Below are positions 9,801 to 20,223 of a stretch of DNA of 32,000 nt, piece after piece. A program made the position numbers and the translations under genes. The notes under the pieces are model-generated. The model worked only from the letters and a program-made list of their open reading frames with translations. It searched no databases and was not told the origin of the DNA. Origin of the DNA: Nitrosospira multiformis ATCC 25196 (GTDB lineage Bacteria; Pseudomonadota; Gammaproteobacteria; Burkholderiales; Nitrosomonadaceae); NCBI RefSeq assembly GCF_000196355.1, contig NC_007614.1:780001-812000 (forward strand), in the 5' to 3' direction. The first letter of the stretch is position 1. Each line of letters begins with the position of its first letter.

Positions 9801-12800
9801 TTATTCGTCTTCGACGGTGGAAGGAGAATTATCCGGCGCCGCATGGGATGCTCGAACCTCTGGCTGTCCGCGCCGATGCGTCATTTTTCTTATTACTACG
9901 AAAAAGAGAGGTACGAAAAAGATGGCAAGAAAGGTCGCAGCCAGCATCCCCCCGAAAACACCCGTCCCGATGGAATTCCGGCTGGCGGCCCCTGCGCCGG
10001 AAGCGATCACCAGCGGAAACACCCCCAGGATAAAAGCCATGGAGGTCATGATAATGGGACGGAAACGTAGCCGGGCGGCCTCCATCGCCGCGTCGAGCAA
10101 AGGCTCCCCGTTCGCATAACGCTGATTGGCGAATTCCACGATCAGGATGGCGTTCTTCGCGGATAATCCGATCAATGTCACCAGCCCGATCTGGAAATAG
10201 ATGTCGTTGGTCAATTCGCGAACCCAGATAGCCAGTAATGCGCCTAAAATTCCGAACGGAATTGCAAGAATCACCGCGAGCGGAACTGACCAGCTTTCGT
10301 AAAGGGCGGCCAGCACCAGAAAGACCATGAGCAGGGCGAAGGCGAATACCAGAACCGATTTCCCTCCTGCCTGGCGCTCCTGAAAGGATATTCCACTCCA
10401 GTCGATCGTATAACCTTTTGGCGCCAATATCTCATCTGCGATCTGTTCCAGCGCATCGAGGGCCTGCCCCGAGCTGTAGCCGGAAGCGGCGCCGCCCAGC
10501 ACGAGTGCGGAATTGAATCCGTTGAAGTGGGTGACGGGATCAGGTCCGCTGGTGAATTCGGTGGTGATCACCGAATTCAGTGGAATCATGACGTGGCCCT
10601 TGTCGTTCCGCGCACGCACGTAAATTTTCTCGATATCCTCCGGCCTTGATCGGTACTGAGGCTGCGCTTCCGTCTGGACGCGATAGATACGACCATATTT
10701 CACGAAGTCGTTGATATACAGGTTGCCGAAATAAGCCTGCATGCTGTCGAAGACTTCGGAAATCGGCACGCCCAGCGCTTTGGCGCGTTCCCGGTCAACG
10801 CGGGCATAAAGCCGGGGGGCACTGACGCGAAAATTGGTGCTGGCAGCAGCGATAGCAGGATGTTCCACAGCCTTGGCGACGAATTTCTGCGTAATCTCGG
10901 CAAACTCTTTGAAATCGCCCCCGCTCGGATCCTGTACCTGCAGGGAAAAACCCCCGGTGGAACCCAGGCCTCTGATGGATGGGGCATTGAAGGCAAGAAT
11001 CAGTGCTTCCGGTATCTTTGCAAACTCCTGGAAGGCGGATGCGATAAGGCCGGTGACATGCTCCCCGGCACTCTTGCGCGTGTCCCAAGACTGCAGCGGA
11101 ACGAACATCGTCGCCTGATTCGCTCCCCGCGTGCCGAACACGAAGTTCTGGCCGGCCAGCGCATCCGTTGAGTGTACCGCGGGAATCGACAGGAAGTATT
11201 GCTCTACTTTGCTCAATACATCAATCGTGCGTTCCTTGGAGGCTCCGTCCGGCAACTGGACAACGGTAATGAAATAGCCCTGGTCTTCTTCCGGGAGAAA
11301 GCTGCCCGGGATCGTTCTGAACAAGCCAAGGAGGACGAATATCATCACGGCAAAAATACAGAGAGCGATCATGGATCGTTTCAATACCATTCCGACGCCA
11401 TTTGTATAGCGTGTCTGCATCCAGTCAAACGAGCGGTTGAACAGCTTCCAGTACTTTGCGGGCTCCCCATGCCCCGGCTTGAGAATAAGCGCACAGAGCG
11501 CGGGGCTCAGGGTAAGCGCCACAAAACCCGATATCGCGACGGACAGGGCAATGGTAATCGCAAACTGTTTGTACAATTCACCGGTGATTCCGCCCAGAAA
11601 AGCGACTGGAACAAACACCGCGCCCAGCACCAGGACGATGGCAATGACGGGGCCCGCCACTTCATCCATGGCCACCCTGGCCGCCTCCCTGGGCGGCAAC
11701 CCCTCCCGCATATGCCGCTCGACATTTTCCACCACCACGATCGCATCATCCACCACGATCCCGATGGCAAGCACCATGCCGAACAGGGTAAGGGTATTGA
11801 TTGAAAATCCAAGCGCTGCCATTCCGGCCAGGGTTCCGATCAGTGAAATAGGAACCGCGACCGCTGGAATGATCGTTGCCCTCCAGCTTTGCAGAAAAAC
11901 AAAAACGACCAGTATGACAAGAAGCGTTGCTTCGACCAGCGTCTTCAGGACTTCCTTGATGGAAACTTCGATGAATATGGTAGTGTCATAGGGTATGTCG
12001 TAGGAGACGCCGGCGGGGAAACTGCGCGCGAGCTTGTCCATTTCCTGGCGTACCCGGTGAACCGTATCGAGCGCGTTGGCGCCGGGGGCCAGAAAGGTCA
12101 GAAGAAAGGTGTTGGGCTTTCCGTTCCATCTCCCTTCCAGATCATACGATTGCGCACCCAGCTCCACTCTCGCTACATCCCGCAATCGCACCATGGAACC
12201 GTCGGGATACGCCCTTACGATCATATCCTCGAATTCCTTCACTTCGCTCATGCGGCCCTGGGTAATGACCGGGATGGTAAGCTCCGTTCCTTTCGGCGAA
12301 GGCTCCCGTCCTATCCTGCCGGCGGGAAAATCCCGGTTCTGCTCGCGGACCACCGCCGCGATATCGGTGGGAGTGAGGTCCAGTTGCGCCATGCGGACAG
12401 GATCCAGGATCAGCCGCATGGAGTAATTCTGGCTGCCGAAGATAATGGCATCTCCTACGCCCGGAAGACGCTTGACGTTATCGAGAACCCGCAGCAAGGC
12501 ATAATTCGAGAGGTAAATGGTATCGTGCCGCGGGTCGGAAGAACTCAGGGCAATGACCGCCAGAAGATCAGGCGACGTTTTTTTCACGGTTATACCCTGG
12601 CGCACGACTTCGTCCGGAAGTTGCGGTTCGGCTAGGCGCTGCCTGTTCTGCGTCTGGACCTGCGCGATATCCACGTCCGTTCCGATCTCGAACGTGAGCT
12701 TCATGGTCATGTGCCCGTCGTTCGAGCTAGTGGATTCGTAATAAAGAAGATTATCGATACCTGGAAGCTGGACCTCGATGGGGCGCGCGACAGATTCCGC

Positions 12801-12974
12801 AACAACTTCCGCGCTCGCCCCGGGGTAATCGGCATCGATCTGCACCATGGGCGGCGTGATTTCCGGAAACTGCGCAATTGGGAGGTTTCTCAGCGCAACG
12901 AGTCCCACCACCACAATAATGATGGACAGGACGGATGCGAAAATTGGACGATCGATAAAAAAGCGGGAACTCAT
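9801..12974 (-). CDS. RND multidrug efflux permease (HAE1/AcrB-MexB family), copy 1
   Basis: 1057 aa. The N-terminus FFIDRPIFASVLSIIIVVVGL..LPIAQFPEI is typical, and the architecture is the 12-TM type with large periplasmic loops. There is a 4-nt ATGA overlap with the upstream adaptor gene. Confidence 0.9.
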   Translation of the reverse strand: MSSRFFIDRPIFASVLSIIIVVVGLVALRNLPIAQFPEITPPMVQIDADYPGASAEVVAESVARPIEVQLPGIDNLLYYESTSSNDGHMTMKLTFEIGTDVDIAQVQTQNRQRLAEPQLPDEVVRQGITVKKTSPDLLAVIALSSSDPRHDTIYLSNYALLRVLDNVKRLPGVGDAIIFGSQNYSMRLILDPVRMAQLDLTPTDIAAVVREQNRDFPAGRIGREPSPKGTELTIPVITQGRMSEVKEFEDMIVRAYPDGSMVRLRDVARVELGAQSYDLEGRWNGKPNTFLLTFLAPGANALDTVHRVRQEMDKLARSFPAGVSYDIPYDTTIFIEVSIKEVLKTLVEATLLVILVVFVFLQSWRATIIPAVAVPISLIGTLAGMAALGFSINTLTLFGMVLAIGIVVDDAIVVVENVERHMREGLPPREAARVAMDEVAGPVIAIVLVLGAVFVPVAFLGGITGELYKQFAITIALSVAISGFVALTLSPALCALILKPGHGEPAKYWKLFNRSFDWMQTRYTNGVGMVLKRSMIALCIFAVMIFVLLGLFRTIPGSFLPEEDQGYFITVVQLPDGASKERTIDVLSKVEQYFLSIPAVHSTDALAGQNFVFGTRGANQATMFVPLQSWDTRKSAGEHVTGLIASAFQEFAKIPEALILAFNAPSIRGLGSTGGFSLQVQDPSGGDFKEFAEITQKFVAKAVEHPAIAAASTNFRVSAPRLYARVDRERAKALGVPISEVFDSMQAYFGNLYINDFVKYGRIYRVQTEAQPQYRSRPEDIEKIYVRARNDKGHVMIPLNSVITTEFTSGPDPVTHFNGFNSALVLGGAASGYSSGQALDALEQIADEILAPKGYTIDWSGISFQERQAGGKSVLVFAFALLMVFLVLAALYESWSVPLAVILAIPFGILGALLAIWVRELTNDIYFQIGLVTLIGLSAKNAILIVEFANQRYANGEPLLDAAMEAARLRFRPIIMTSMAFILGVFPLVIASGAGAASRNSIGTGVFGGMLAATFLAIFFVPLFFVVIRKMTHRRGQPEVRASHAAPDNSPSTVEDE

Positions 12975-14206
12975 GCCGATTTCCCGCCCGCTTCACTCTG
13001 GGGCTCGCCGGGGCCCGTTGGATGCTCCTCCTTGTACGGAATGGCCTTCACCGGGCTTCCAGGCTGAATCCTGTGTAATCCTTCCACGACTACTTGCTCT
13101 CCGGGGCGAAGACCGTTTTCGATCAACCAGTCTTTGCCATGCCAGGAACTGGCCGTGACGGGTCTGGACTGCGCCTTGCTCTCGGCATCGACGACATAGA
13201 CGAAGGAGCCCTGGGGGCCCAGTTGCACAGCCCGTTGCGGAATCAGGATGGCATCTGTCCGGATATAACCCTTGACGCGGACATGAACGAATTGCCCCGG
13301 ATAAAAATAGGATTGTCCGGGAGAAAAGCTTCCTTCCGGATTCGGAAACGTGAATCTTCCCTCCAGCGTACCGGTTTCCGGCCGTATGGATACGTCGGAG
13401 AAATCGAGCACGCCTTCCTGCGGATACACGCTCCCATCGGAAAAAGTGATCACTCCCCGCAACTGGAAGATATCCGGCCTTTGCACTTTCTTTTCCGCCA
13501 GTTCACGCCGCCTTCTGAGAAGATAGCTTTCGGGAACATTGACATTGACGTACATGGGATCGAGTTGGTCGATGGTGGTCAACAGAGTTGTCTGGGCGGA
13601 TACCAGGCGCCCCTCATAGAAATGGCTGCGTCCTATCCGCCCGTTGACCGGGGCCGTGATGATCGTATTATCCAGATCGAATTTCGCCCTGATCAAGTCG
13701 CTTTGCGCCGCCTCCAGTCCTGCTTTGGCGGCAAGCGTTTCGGCGATTGCGTCATCGACACTCTTGCGGCTGACAGCCTGTTCCTCTAGCAGAGGTTTTA
13801 CGCGCGCTTCTTCCTGCTCTGCCTGAACGAGGCGGGCCTGGGCCTGCGCGACTCTCGCCTTTCCGCTGAAATAGGCCGCCTCGAAGGGCACCGGGTCGAT
13901 CAGGTAAAGCTTGTTGCCCTTCTTGACGTTCGTTCCCTCGGTAAAAAAAACTTTCTTGATTATTCCCGTTACCTGCGGGCGAATCTCGACGGGACGAAAA
14001 GCCTGTGTTTGCCCGATAAACTCAGGCTCGTCGGGAACAGTCTGCGTGGTGACGGTAATCACTTCCACTTCGGGGACAGTCTGGGCTGGAGCAGGGGGTG
14101 CTTTTTTGCAGCCGGAAAAAGAAATCAGGATGAGGGCTGTGCCTAGAGCGATGACAGCGGCGGCAGATGAACGGCTGAAAGGGTGCCACGGATGGGACAG
14201 ATTCAT
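12971..14206 (-). CDS. RND efflux periplasmic adaptor (MFP, AcrA/MexA family) lipoprotein, copy 1
   Basis: 411 aa. It has a signal peptide with lipobox ISFSGC and the biotinyl-lipoyl/alpha-hairpin/beta-barrel order typical of HlyD_D23 adaptors. SD AGGAGA lies 6 nt upstream of the ATG at 14206. Confidence 0.9.
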   Translation of the reverse strand: MNLSHPWHPFSRSSAAAVIALGTALILISFSGCKKAPPAPAQTVPEVEVITVTTQTVPDEPEFIGQTQAFRPVEIRPQVTGIIKKVFFTEGTNVKKGNKLYLIDPVPFEAAYFSGKARVAQAQARLVQAEQEEARVKPLLEEQAVSRKSVDDAIAETLAAKAGLEAAQSDLIRAKFDLDNTIITAPVNGRIGRSHFYEGRLVSAQTTLLTTIDQLDPMYVNVNVPESYLLRRRRELAEKKVQRPDIFQLRGVITFSDGSVYPQEGVLDFSDVSIRPETGTLEGRFTFPNPEGSFSPGQSYFYPGQFVHVRVKGYIRTDAILIPQRAVQLGPQGSFVYVVDAESKAQSRPVTASSWHGKDWLIENGLRPGEQVVVEGLHRIQPGSPVKAIPYKEEHPTGPGEPQSEAGGKSA

Positions 14207-14330
14207 GTACGTCTCCTGCGGGCTGCCCTGAAAACCCAGGGGTAGCGGTCCGCTGGTTAAGTGAGGGTGATGACAAGCAGTATTTTTATGATAGATCAGT
14301 TTTCAGATCTGCCGGACTGATCCTATGTCG

Positions 14331-15755
14331 TCAGACGGGCGTCCATCCCCCCCCGAGCGCTTTGTATAGTTGGACCACGGATATCAGATGGAGGCGGTGC
14401 GTTGCCGCAAGCGCGAACTCTGCATCGAACAGATTCCGTTTGGCCAGTAGCACATCCACGTAACTGGTAATACCCCCTTTGTAGCGCAGATCAGCGATAT
14501 GCAGAGCCGAGCGCAGTGCATCCACCTGCTGTTCCTGCGCCTTGCGCTGTTCGTTGGCGGTGCTTACCGCCACCAGGGCATCCTCGACTTCCCTGAATGC
14601 GAGCAGGATGGTTTGTTCGTACTGGGCAAGCATTTGCCTGGCTTGTGCTTCCGCGGCACGTTGTTCCATTCCCAAAGCCTGCGCGTTGATCAATGGAACA
14701 GCCAGACCCAGTCCGCCTACCCCGAACTCGCTCCCGGAAAGGAGGAGATTGGACAGCGCCGGACTTGCCACGCCCAGGAAACCGGTGATATTGAGCTTGG
14801 GAAATCGCGCCGCCTGGGCAGCCCCAATCCGGGCGGTTGCTGCTGCAAGGGTTTGTTCCGCCTGCAGGATATCGGGGCGTCGCTGCAACAGTTCGGAAGG
14901 AAGTCCGGCTGGCACCTCTGGTATCAGCAACTGCTCCGTGAGAGAGCGTCCCCGTTCTATCGAAACCGGATTTCTTCCCAGCAATACACTCAGTTCGTTT
15001 TCCTTCTGGGCAGTCAGCCGTTGCAGTTCTGCCACCCGGGTGGCCGCATTGGCACGCTCAGCTTCGAACTGGTCTAGATCCAGCCTGGAGATGACCCCTC
15101 CCCGCAGTTGGGCTCGCGCAAGCGCCACCGACTCCTCCCATGAATGCAGGGCATTGCGTGCAATACCCATTTGCATATCGAATTGCAGGAGATCGAAATA
15201 CGCCTGTGCTACCGAACTTACCAGGGTCAGGACCACAGCGCGCCGGTTTTCTTCCCGGGCCATCAAGTCAGCCAGGGCGGCTTCGTTCGAACGGCGAATG
15301 CGGCCCCAGATATCGATTTCCCAATTCAGGGTCGCTTGTCCGAAATAGCTGTAAGGTGTGGGAAATCCAGGGAACTTGAATCCTCCAAGGGTTCCGAAAG
15401 CAGGCGCATTGGCATTTGTGTCCATTTTGGGAAGGAAATCCATGCGTGCAGTAGCAAGGCGTGCCTCCAGCTCTTCAACGCTTGCTACCGCCTGCTTGAG
15501 ATCCTTGTTCTGGGCCAATGCGAGACGGATGAGCTGTTGCAGTTGATTATCATGCAGCAATTCCCACCAGGACAGGTTCGCAATGGATTGCCCCTCCGTT
15601 TGCGCCAGGCGAAACCTTTCGGATGTTTCGACATGAGGGCGGATATAGTCCGGCCCCATTGCGCAGGATGCAAGGAGCAGAGTGGAGAGCAACAACCCCA
15701 TTCCGCTCCGCAGGCGCTCTCTCATGTCACGACGGCTTGTCACGATGTTTCTCAT
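14331..15755 (-). CDS. Outer-membrane efflux lipoprotein, NodT/OprM family
   Basis: 474 aa. The lipobox is LLLASC followed by MGPDY. It has the two OEP repeats and the C-terminal YKALGGGW motif. There is a 4-nt overlap with the RND copy 2 gene. Confidence 0.9.
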   Translation of the reverse strand: MRNIVTSRRDMRERLRSGMGLLLSTLLLASCAMGPDYIRPHVETSERFRLAQTEGQSIANLSWWELLHDNQLQQLIRLALAQNKDLKQAVASVEELEARLATARMDFLPKMDTNANAPAFGTLGGFKFPGFPTPYSYFGQATLNWEIDIWGRIRRSNEAALADLMAREENRRAVVLTLVSSVAQAYFDLLQFDMQMGIARNALHSWEESVALARAQLRGGVISRLDLDQFEAERANAATRVAELQRLTAQKENELSVLLGRNPVSIERGRSLTEQLLIPEVPAGLPSELLQRRPDILQAEQTLAAATARIGAAQAARFPKLNITGFLGVASPALSNLLLSGSEFGVGGLGLAVPLINAQALGMEQRAAEAQARQMLAQYEQTILLAFREVEDALVAVSTANEQRKAQEQQVDALRSALHIADLRYKGGITSYVDVLLAKRNLFDAEFALAATHRLHLISVVQLYKALGGGWTPV

Positions 15756-18700
15756 GATGTTTCCTGCGACAGGTTTTCGACTGGCTTACCTTTATTCTTG
15801 CGTGAAAGCCAGGTAAAAAACAAGGGAATAAATATTGTGGCAACAAAAGTGGCAAGCAGCATTCCCCCAAACACGCCGGTTCCCATGGAGCGACGCGCGG
15901 CAGCGCCAGCTCCCGTTGCGATCAATAGGGGCACGATACCCAGCACAAAAGCCATGGATGTCATGACGATGGGTCGGAAACGCAAACGCGCCGCCTCGAT
16001 CGCTGCCTCTGCCACAGGCAGACCTTCAGCCATTTTCTGCGTAGCAAACTCGACGATCAGAATGGCATTTTTTGCAGCCAGGCCGATGAGCGTGATCAGG
16101 CCGATCTGAAAATAGATATCGTTGGGCATGCCGCGGGCCAAAACGGCAAGCAGGGCACCGGCAAGAGCAAAAGGCACCGCCATGATAACGGCGAGCGGCA
16201 GGGCCCAGGTCTCGAACTGGGCAGCAAGAATGAGAAATACCATTATGATTGCGAAGCTGAAGGCAAAAATTGCGGCTGAACCAGTCCGCTTTTCCTGATA
16301 AGCCTGTCCTGTCCACGCAATCTGGTAGCCATCGGGCAAATTTTTTGCCGCAATCTCCTCTACCAGCCGGATAGCATCGCCTGAACTCACGCCAGGCGCA
16401 CCGCTTCCCAGAATCTTTGCAGCAAGGAGGCCGTTATAGCGCTCGAGCTGCTCCGCGCCCACAATGGTGCTGAGTTTGCTGAGGGCGGACATGGGCACCA
16501 TCGCGCCGGATTGGGAGCGTACGTACACTCTGCCGAGATCCTCGGGATGCATCCGGTATTGCGGTTCCGCCTGCATTTGCACCCGGTAAGTACGACCGGA
16601 GTAATTGAAATCGTTGATATACAGCGAACCCATCGTACTTTGCAGCGTGGCGTAAATGTCGGCGATTCGCACTTGCTGAGAAATCGCTTTTTCCTCATCC
16701 ACTTCAACGAAGAATTGCGGCACGGTGGGACGGAAAAAAGTATTGATGCCGGCTAGCCGCGGTTCCTGGTTCAGTGCAGCGATAAGGTTGTTCACCACTA
16801 TGGATAATTGAACCGGATTAGCGCCTGCGCGGCTTTGCACATAGACTTCGAAGCCGCCTGCGGTTCCCAGCCCGCGGATGGCGGGCGGGTTGAAGGAGAT
16901 TGCGATTCCATCCGGTTGTTGCATTCCGATACCCATCAGCTTCTGGATGATATCCTCCGCTGTTGCCTTCCGCTCCGACCAGTCCTTGAATGCGACGAAC
17001 ATGGTAGCAGAACTGGTTTTATTTCCGCCACCGATCAGATCGAAGCCGTTTACAACGAATTGATGGGCCACGGCGGGATCATCCGCGATGCCCGCCCGCA
17101 CCGATTCCGCGGTTTTTGTCGTTCTGGCCAGTGTGGCGCCATCCGGCAGGATGGTGGCCGTGACGACATAGCCCTGATCTTCTGGCGGCACGAAACTCTC
17201 AGGTACTGTTTTGAACAGATAGGCCGACAAGGCAATGATGCTTAGGAATACGAAGGCACCGATAACCTTATGCCGGAGCGTGATATTGACCATGCGGATA
17301 TAAAAATTCGTCACCCGCTGAAAACCGCTGTTGAACGCAAGAAAGAACCGGGATTCACCGTGGGTATGCTTGAGCAGAATAGCGCACAAGGCAGGGGTCA
17401 AGGTCAGTGCCACCAGACCGGAAATGGTTACCGCTACGGCGACGGTGACCGCGAACTGGCGATACAGTTCGCCTGCGATTCCCCCCATGAATGCAACCGG
17501 CACAAATACGGCGCACAGTACCAGGACAATTGCCACCACCGCACTTGCCACCTGCTCCATGGAACGGATGGCAGCTTTCAGCGGTGACAGTTTCTCTTCG
17601 TCCATCAACCGCTCGATATTTTCCAGTACGACAATTGCATCATCCACTACAATGCCGATGGAAAGCACCATGGCGAAAAGCGTAAGCGTGTTAATGGAGA
17701 AGCCGAATGCCCACAATCCGGCGAAAGTGCCCACGAGGGAAATGGGCACGGCAATAATGGGAATCAGCGTGGCGCGCCAGCTTTGCAGGAAAAGATAAAC
17801 AACCAGCAGAACGAGCACCATCGCTTCGCCAAGCGTCTTGAGCACCTCCCACATCGAAGCTTTGACGAACAGACTGGTATCGTACGGCACCACGTAGTCC
17901 ATTCCCTGCGGAAAGTGTTTCTTCAGCTCTTCCATTTTAGCGACCAGCGCGTTTTTCGTGTCGAGCGCATTCGCACCGGGTTGCAGGAAGACGGGAATGC
18001 CGGCGCCGGGCTGACCATTCAAGGCCGTACGAACATCGTAGCTTTGCGCCCCCAGTTCTATCCGGGCGACATCCTTGAGGTAGAGGACTCCGCGCGGACC
18101 ATCCGCCCGCAAAATGATGTCGCCGAACTGTTCAGGTGTTACCAGCCGACCTCTTGCATTTACGGTATAAATCAGTTGCTGATCAGGCGGAGCCGGTTCC
18201 TGACCGATCTTGCCGGCAGCATATTGCGCGTTCTGCGCCTGGATAGCTGCAGTGATGTCCGTAGTGGCCACGCCCAGTTGGGCCATGCGATCGGGATGCA
18301 GCCAGATGCGCATGGAATAATCCTGGCCGCCAAAGACAGTGGCATCACCGACTCCATCCGTACGTCTCAGCTCATCCATTATGTTGAGCGTGGCATAATT
18401 GCTGAGATAGAGCGGGTCATATTTGCCTTTCTCGGTCGAGATCAGCATGAAAACTATCAGGATGTCGTTGGAGCGCTTCTCAATTTTCAGGCCGGTGCGG
18501 CGCACTTCATCCGGCAGTCGCGGTAGTGCGACGTTTACGCGGTTACTGATATTGAAAGTCGCCTGGTCAACGTCCGTGCCGACCTCAAACGTTGCAGTAA
18601 TGGTCAGCGTTCCGCTGGAGTCGGCGCTCGAGCTGAAATACAAAAGGTCCTGGACACCGCTCAATTGCTCTTCGATGGGCGCGGCCACTGTTTTGGTCAA

Positions 18701-18868
18701 GGTTTCAGCGCTGGCGCCGGGATAGGTTGCGGTTATCAGTACCGTAGGCGGCGCGATCTCCGGATATTGCGCAATGGGAAGCTGCAATGCGGCGGCGAGT
18801 CCGGCAAGGACGATGATAATGGAGATAACCGACGCAAATATCGGTCGCAGAATAAAAAATCTGGTCAT
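15752..18868 (-). CDS. RND multidrug efflux permease (HAE1/AcrB-MexB family), copy 2
   Basis: 1038 aa. It is roughly half identical to copy 1 by eye over the alignable N- and C-termini (RFFILRPIFASVISIIIVLAGL...). Confidence 0.9.
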   Translation of the reverse strand: MTRFFILRPIFASVISIIIVLAGLAAALQLPIAQYPEIAPPTVLITATYPGASAETLTKTVAAPIEEQLSGVQDLLYFSSSADSSGTLTITATFEVGTDVDQATFNISNRVNVALPRLPDEVRRTGLKIEKRSNDILIVFMLISTEKGKYDPLYLSNYATLNIMDELRRTDGVGDATVFGGQDYSMRIWLHPDRMAQLGVATTDITAAIQAQNAQYAAGKIGQEPAPPDQQLIYTVNARGRLVTPEQFGDIILRADGPRGVLYLKDVARIELGAQSYDVRTALNGQPGAGIPVFLQPGANALDTKNALVAKMEELKKHFPQGMDYVVPYDTSLFVKASMWEVLKTLGEAMVLVLLVVYLFLQSWRATLIPIIAVPISLVGTFAGLWAFGFSINTLTLFAMVLSIGIVVDDAIVVLENIERLMDEEKLSPLKAAIRSMEQVASAVVAIVLVLCAVFVPVAFMGGIAGELYRQFAVTVAVAVTISGLVALTLTPALCAILLKHTHGESRFFLAFNSGFQRVTNFYIRMVNITLRHKVIGAFVFLSIIALSAYLFKTVPESFVPPEDQGYVVTATILPDGATLARTTKTAESVRAGIADDPAVAHQFVVNGFDLIGGGNKTSSATMFVAFKDWSERKATAEDIIQKLMGIGMQQPDGIAISFNPPAIRGLGTAGGFEVYVQSRAGANPVQLSIVVNNLIAALNQEPRLAGINTFFRPTVPQFFVEVDEEKAISQQVRIADIYATLQSTMGSLYINDFNYSGRTYRVQMQAEPQYRMHPEDLGRVYVRSQSGAMVPMSALSKLSTIVGAEQLERYNGLLAAKILGSGAPGVSSGDAIRLVEEIAAKNLPDGYQIAWTGQAYQEKRTGSAAIFAFSFAIIMVFLILAAQFETWALPLAVIMAVPFALAGALLAVLARGMPNDIYFQIGLITLIGLAAKNAILIVEFATQKMAEGLPVAEAAIEAARLRFRPIVMTSMAFVLGIVPLLIATGAGAAARRSMGTGVFGGMLLATFVATIFIPLFFTWLSRKNKGKPVENLSQETS

Positions 18869-18902
18869 GATTTATCCGGCGGTTGTCCGCCCGGTTTTTT
18901 GC

Positions 18903-20141
18903 TCAAGCGGCTTTGCCGGAGCCGGAATCAGGCTGGGCAGGAGGTGTTCCCGGCGTTTCTCCGGGCGCGTGAGGGGTAACGGGCGCCCCGGGGCGAAGCT
19001 TGATGATATTATCGACAATGACTTTATCCCCGGCTTTGAGTCCGTCAAGAATTACCCAGTCCGTACCCATCCACTTCCCGGTAACCACTGCCTGCGGAGT
19101 CGCTTCGTTTTTCTCATTGATCACATACACTGACTGACCGCGGTCAGAGGTTTGTATTGCATTCTGAGGGACGAGAAATACCCCGTCACGCTGGCCAACG
19201 ACCACTTTCGCTCTGACAAACTGACCCGGCAGCAATCGCTGTTCCGCATTTTCGAACGTGGCGCGCAGTTGCTGCGTGCCCAGCAGCGGGTCGATCTGGC
19301 TGGCGGCGAAATTCAACTCCCCTTTCTTTTCGTATTCTGAGCCGTCCGGCAATATCAGGGTCACTTGTTTTACTTTTTTCTCGTTCAGGGGGCCGCCGAG
19401 CTGCATCAGTTCGTTATTCGACAGGCTGAAACGCACCCAGATCGGCGACAATTGCACCAGCGTGGTCAAAAGGCTGCTGTTCGCTTCCACCAGGGCGCCT
19501 TCCGAAAACTGGAAGCGGCCCGAAATACCGTTGACAGGCGCGGTTACAGAGGTATAGGAGAGGCTGAGTTCGGCGTCGCGCACGCGCACTTCGGCCTGCT
19601 GCAAGGCGGCGTGCGCAATCGCGTTATCGGAGACCGCGTTATCATACTCGCGCTGACTGATTGCCTGCGTCTCCAGCAGGTCTTTCAGGCGTTTTTCTTC
19701 GCGTCCGGTCTGAATGATACGGGCTTTCTGTTCTGCCAGTTGGGCCTTCGCCTGCGCAAGCGCATATCGGTAAGGTACGGGATCAATCAGAAACAGAGGT
19801 TGACCTGCTTTTACCTCTGCACCTTCCTCATACAGGCGTTTGAGCAGAATGCCCCCCACCCGGGGACGTATTTCGACCTCCTTGGCGCCTTCGGTCTGGG
19901 CCACGGCTTCGGCACTGATCGGTACGCTGGTAGGGTGAACCTCGATTACACTTACGGGAAGGGCGGGGGGAGGAGGTGTTTCTGGCTTCTTGCCACAGCT
20001 CGACACCATAACGCCCAAGGCGACGCTTGCAGCAACGCTTAGGGCGAGCCGCGCGGTAGCATACAGTAAGTCAGGCATTTTTATTTGGCTGCACATTAAC
20101 GAGTTGCCGGGTTTGTTTTTATAATCCTGGATGGCTGTCAT
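18903..20141 (-). CDS. RND efflux periplasmic adaptor (MFP) lipoprotein, copy 2
   Basis: 412 aa. The lipobox is MVSSCGKK. The ATG at 20141 has GGAG 5 nt upstream. In-frame ATGs at 20096 and 20078 would give a more conventional signal-peptide length, so the start is uncertain. Confidence 0.85.
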   Translation of the reverse strand: MTAIQDYKNKPGNSLMCSQIKMPDLLYATARLALSVAASVALGVMVSSCGKKPETPPPPALPVSVIEVHPTSVPISAEAVAQTEGAKEVEIRPRVGGILLKRLYEEGAEVKAGQPLFLIDPVPYRYALAQAKAQLAEQKARIIQTGREEKRLKDLLETQAISQREYDNAVSDNAIAHAALQQAEVRVRDAELSLSYTSVTAPVNGISGRFQFSEGALVEANSSLLTTLVQLSPIWVRFSLSNNELMQLGGPLNEKKVKQVTLILPDGSEYEKKGELNFAASQIDPLLGTQQLRATFENAEQRLLPGQFVRAKVVVGQRDGVFLVPQNAIQTSDRGQSVYVINEKNEATPQAVVTGKWMGTDWVILDGLKAGDKVIVDNIIKLRPGAPVTPHAPGETPGTPPAQPDSGSGKAA

Positions 20142-20172
20142 TCATGCTCCGTGCAGCTAAATTTGGAACTTG

Positions 20173-20192
20173 CATACATACGTGTATGTATG
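20173..20192. promoter_or_regulatory. Perfect 9-2-9 palindrome, probable TetR operator
   Basis: The sequence is CATACATAC-GT-GTATGTATG with exact complementary arms. It sits centrally in the 95-bp divergent region between the efflux operon and the TetR gene. It overlaps the predicted TSS of the efflux promoter and the spacer of a candidate tetR promoter (TTGCAT 20170-20175, 17 bp, TAAATT 20193-20198). Confidence 0.55.
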
Positions 20193-20195
20193 TAA

Positions 20196-20223
20196 ATTAT
20201 AAACCAACCTTCACAGATGTAAA
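20196..20223 (-). promoter_or_regulatory. Candidate sigma70 promoter of the efflux operon
   Basis: On the minus strand the -35 is TTTACA (20223-20218), the spacer is 16 bp, and the -10 is a perfect TATAAT (20201-20196). The predicted TSS near 20189 falls inside the palindrome. Confidence 0.5.

Noticed and set aside
10834-18979. Many 60-320-aa plus-strand ORFs lie opposite the RND, MFP and OMF genes (for example 11172-11804, 11889-12635, 15144-16109 and 17783-18526).
   Set aside because: All are antisense to long, well-supported efflux genes. Similar peptides opposite the two RND genes simply mirror the paralogy of the sense genes.
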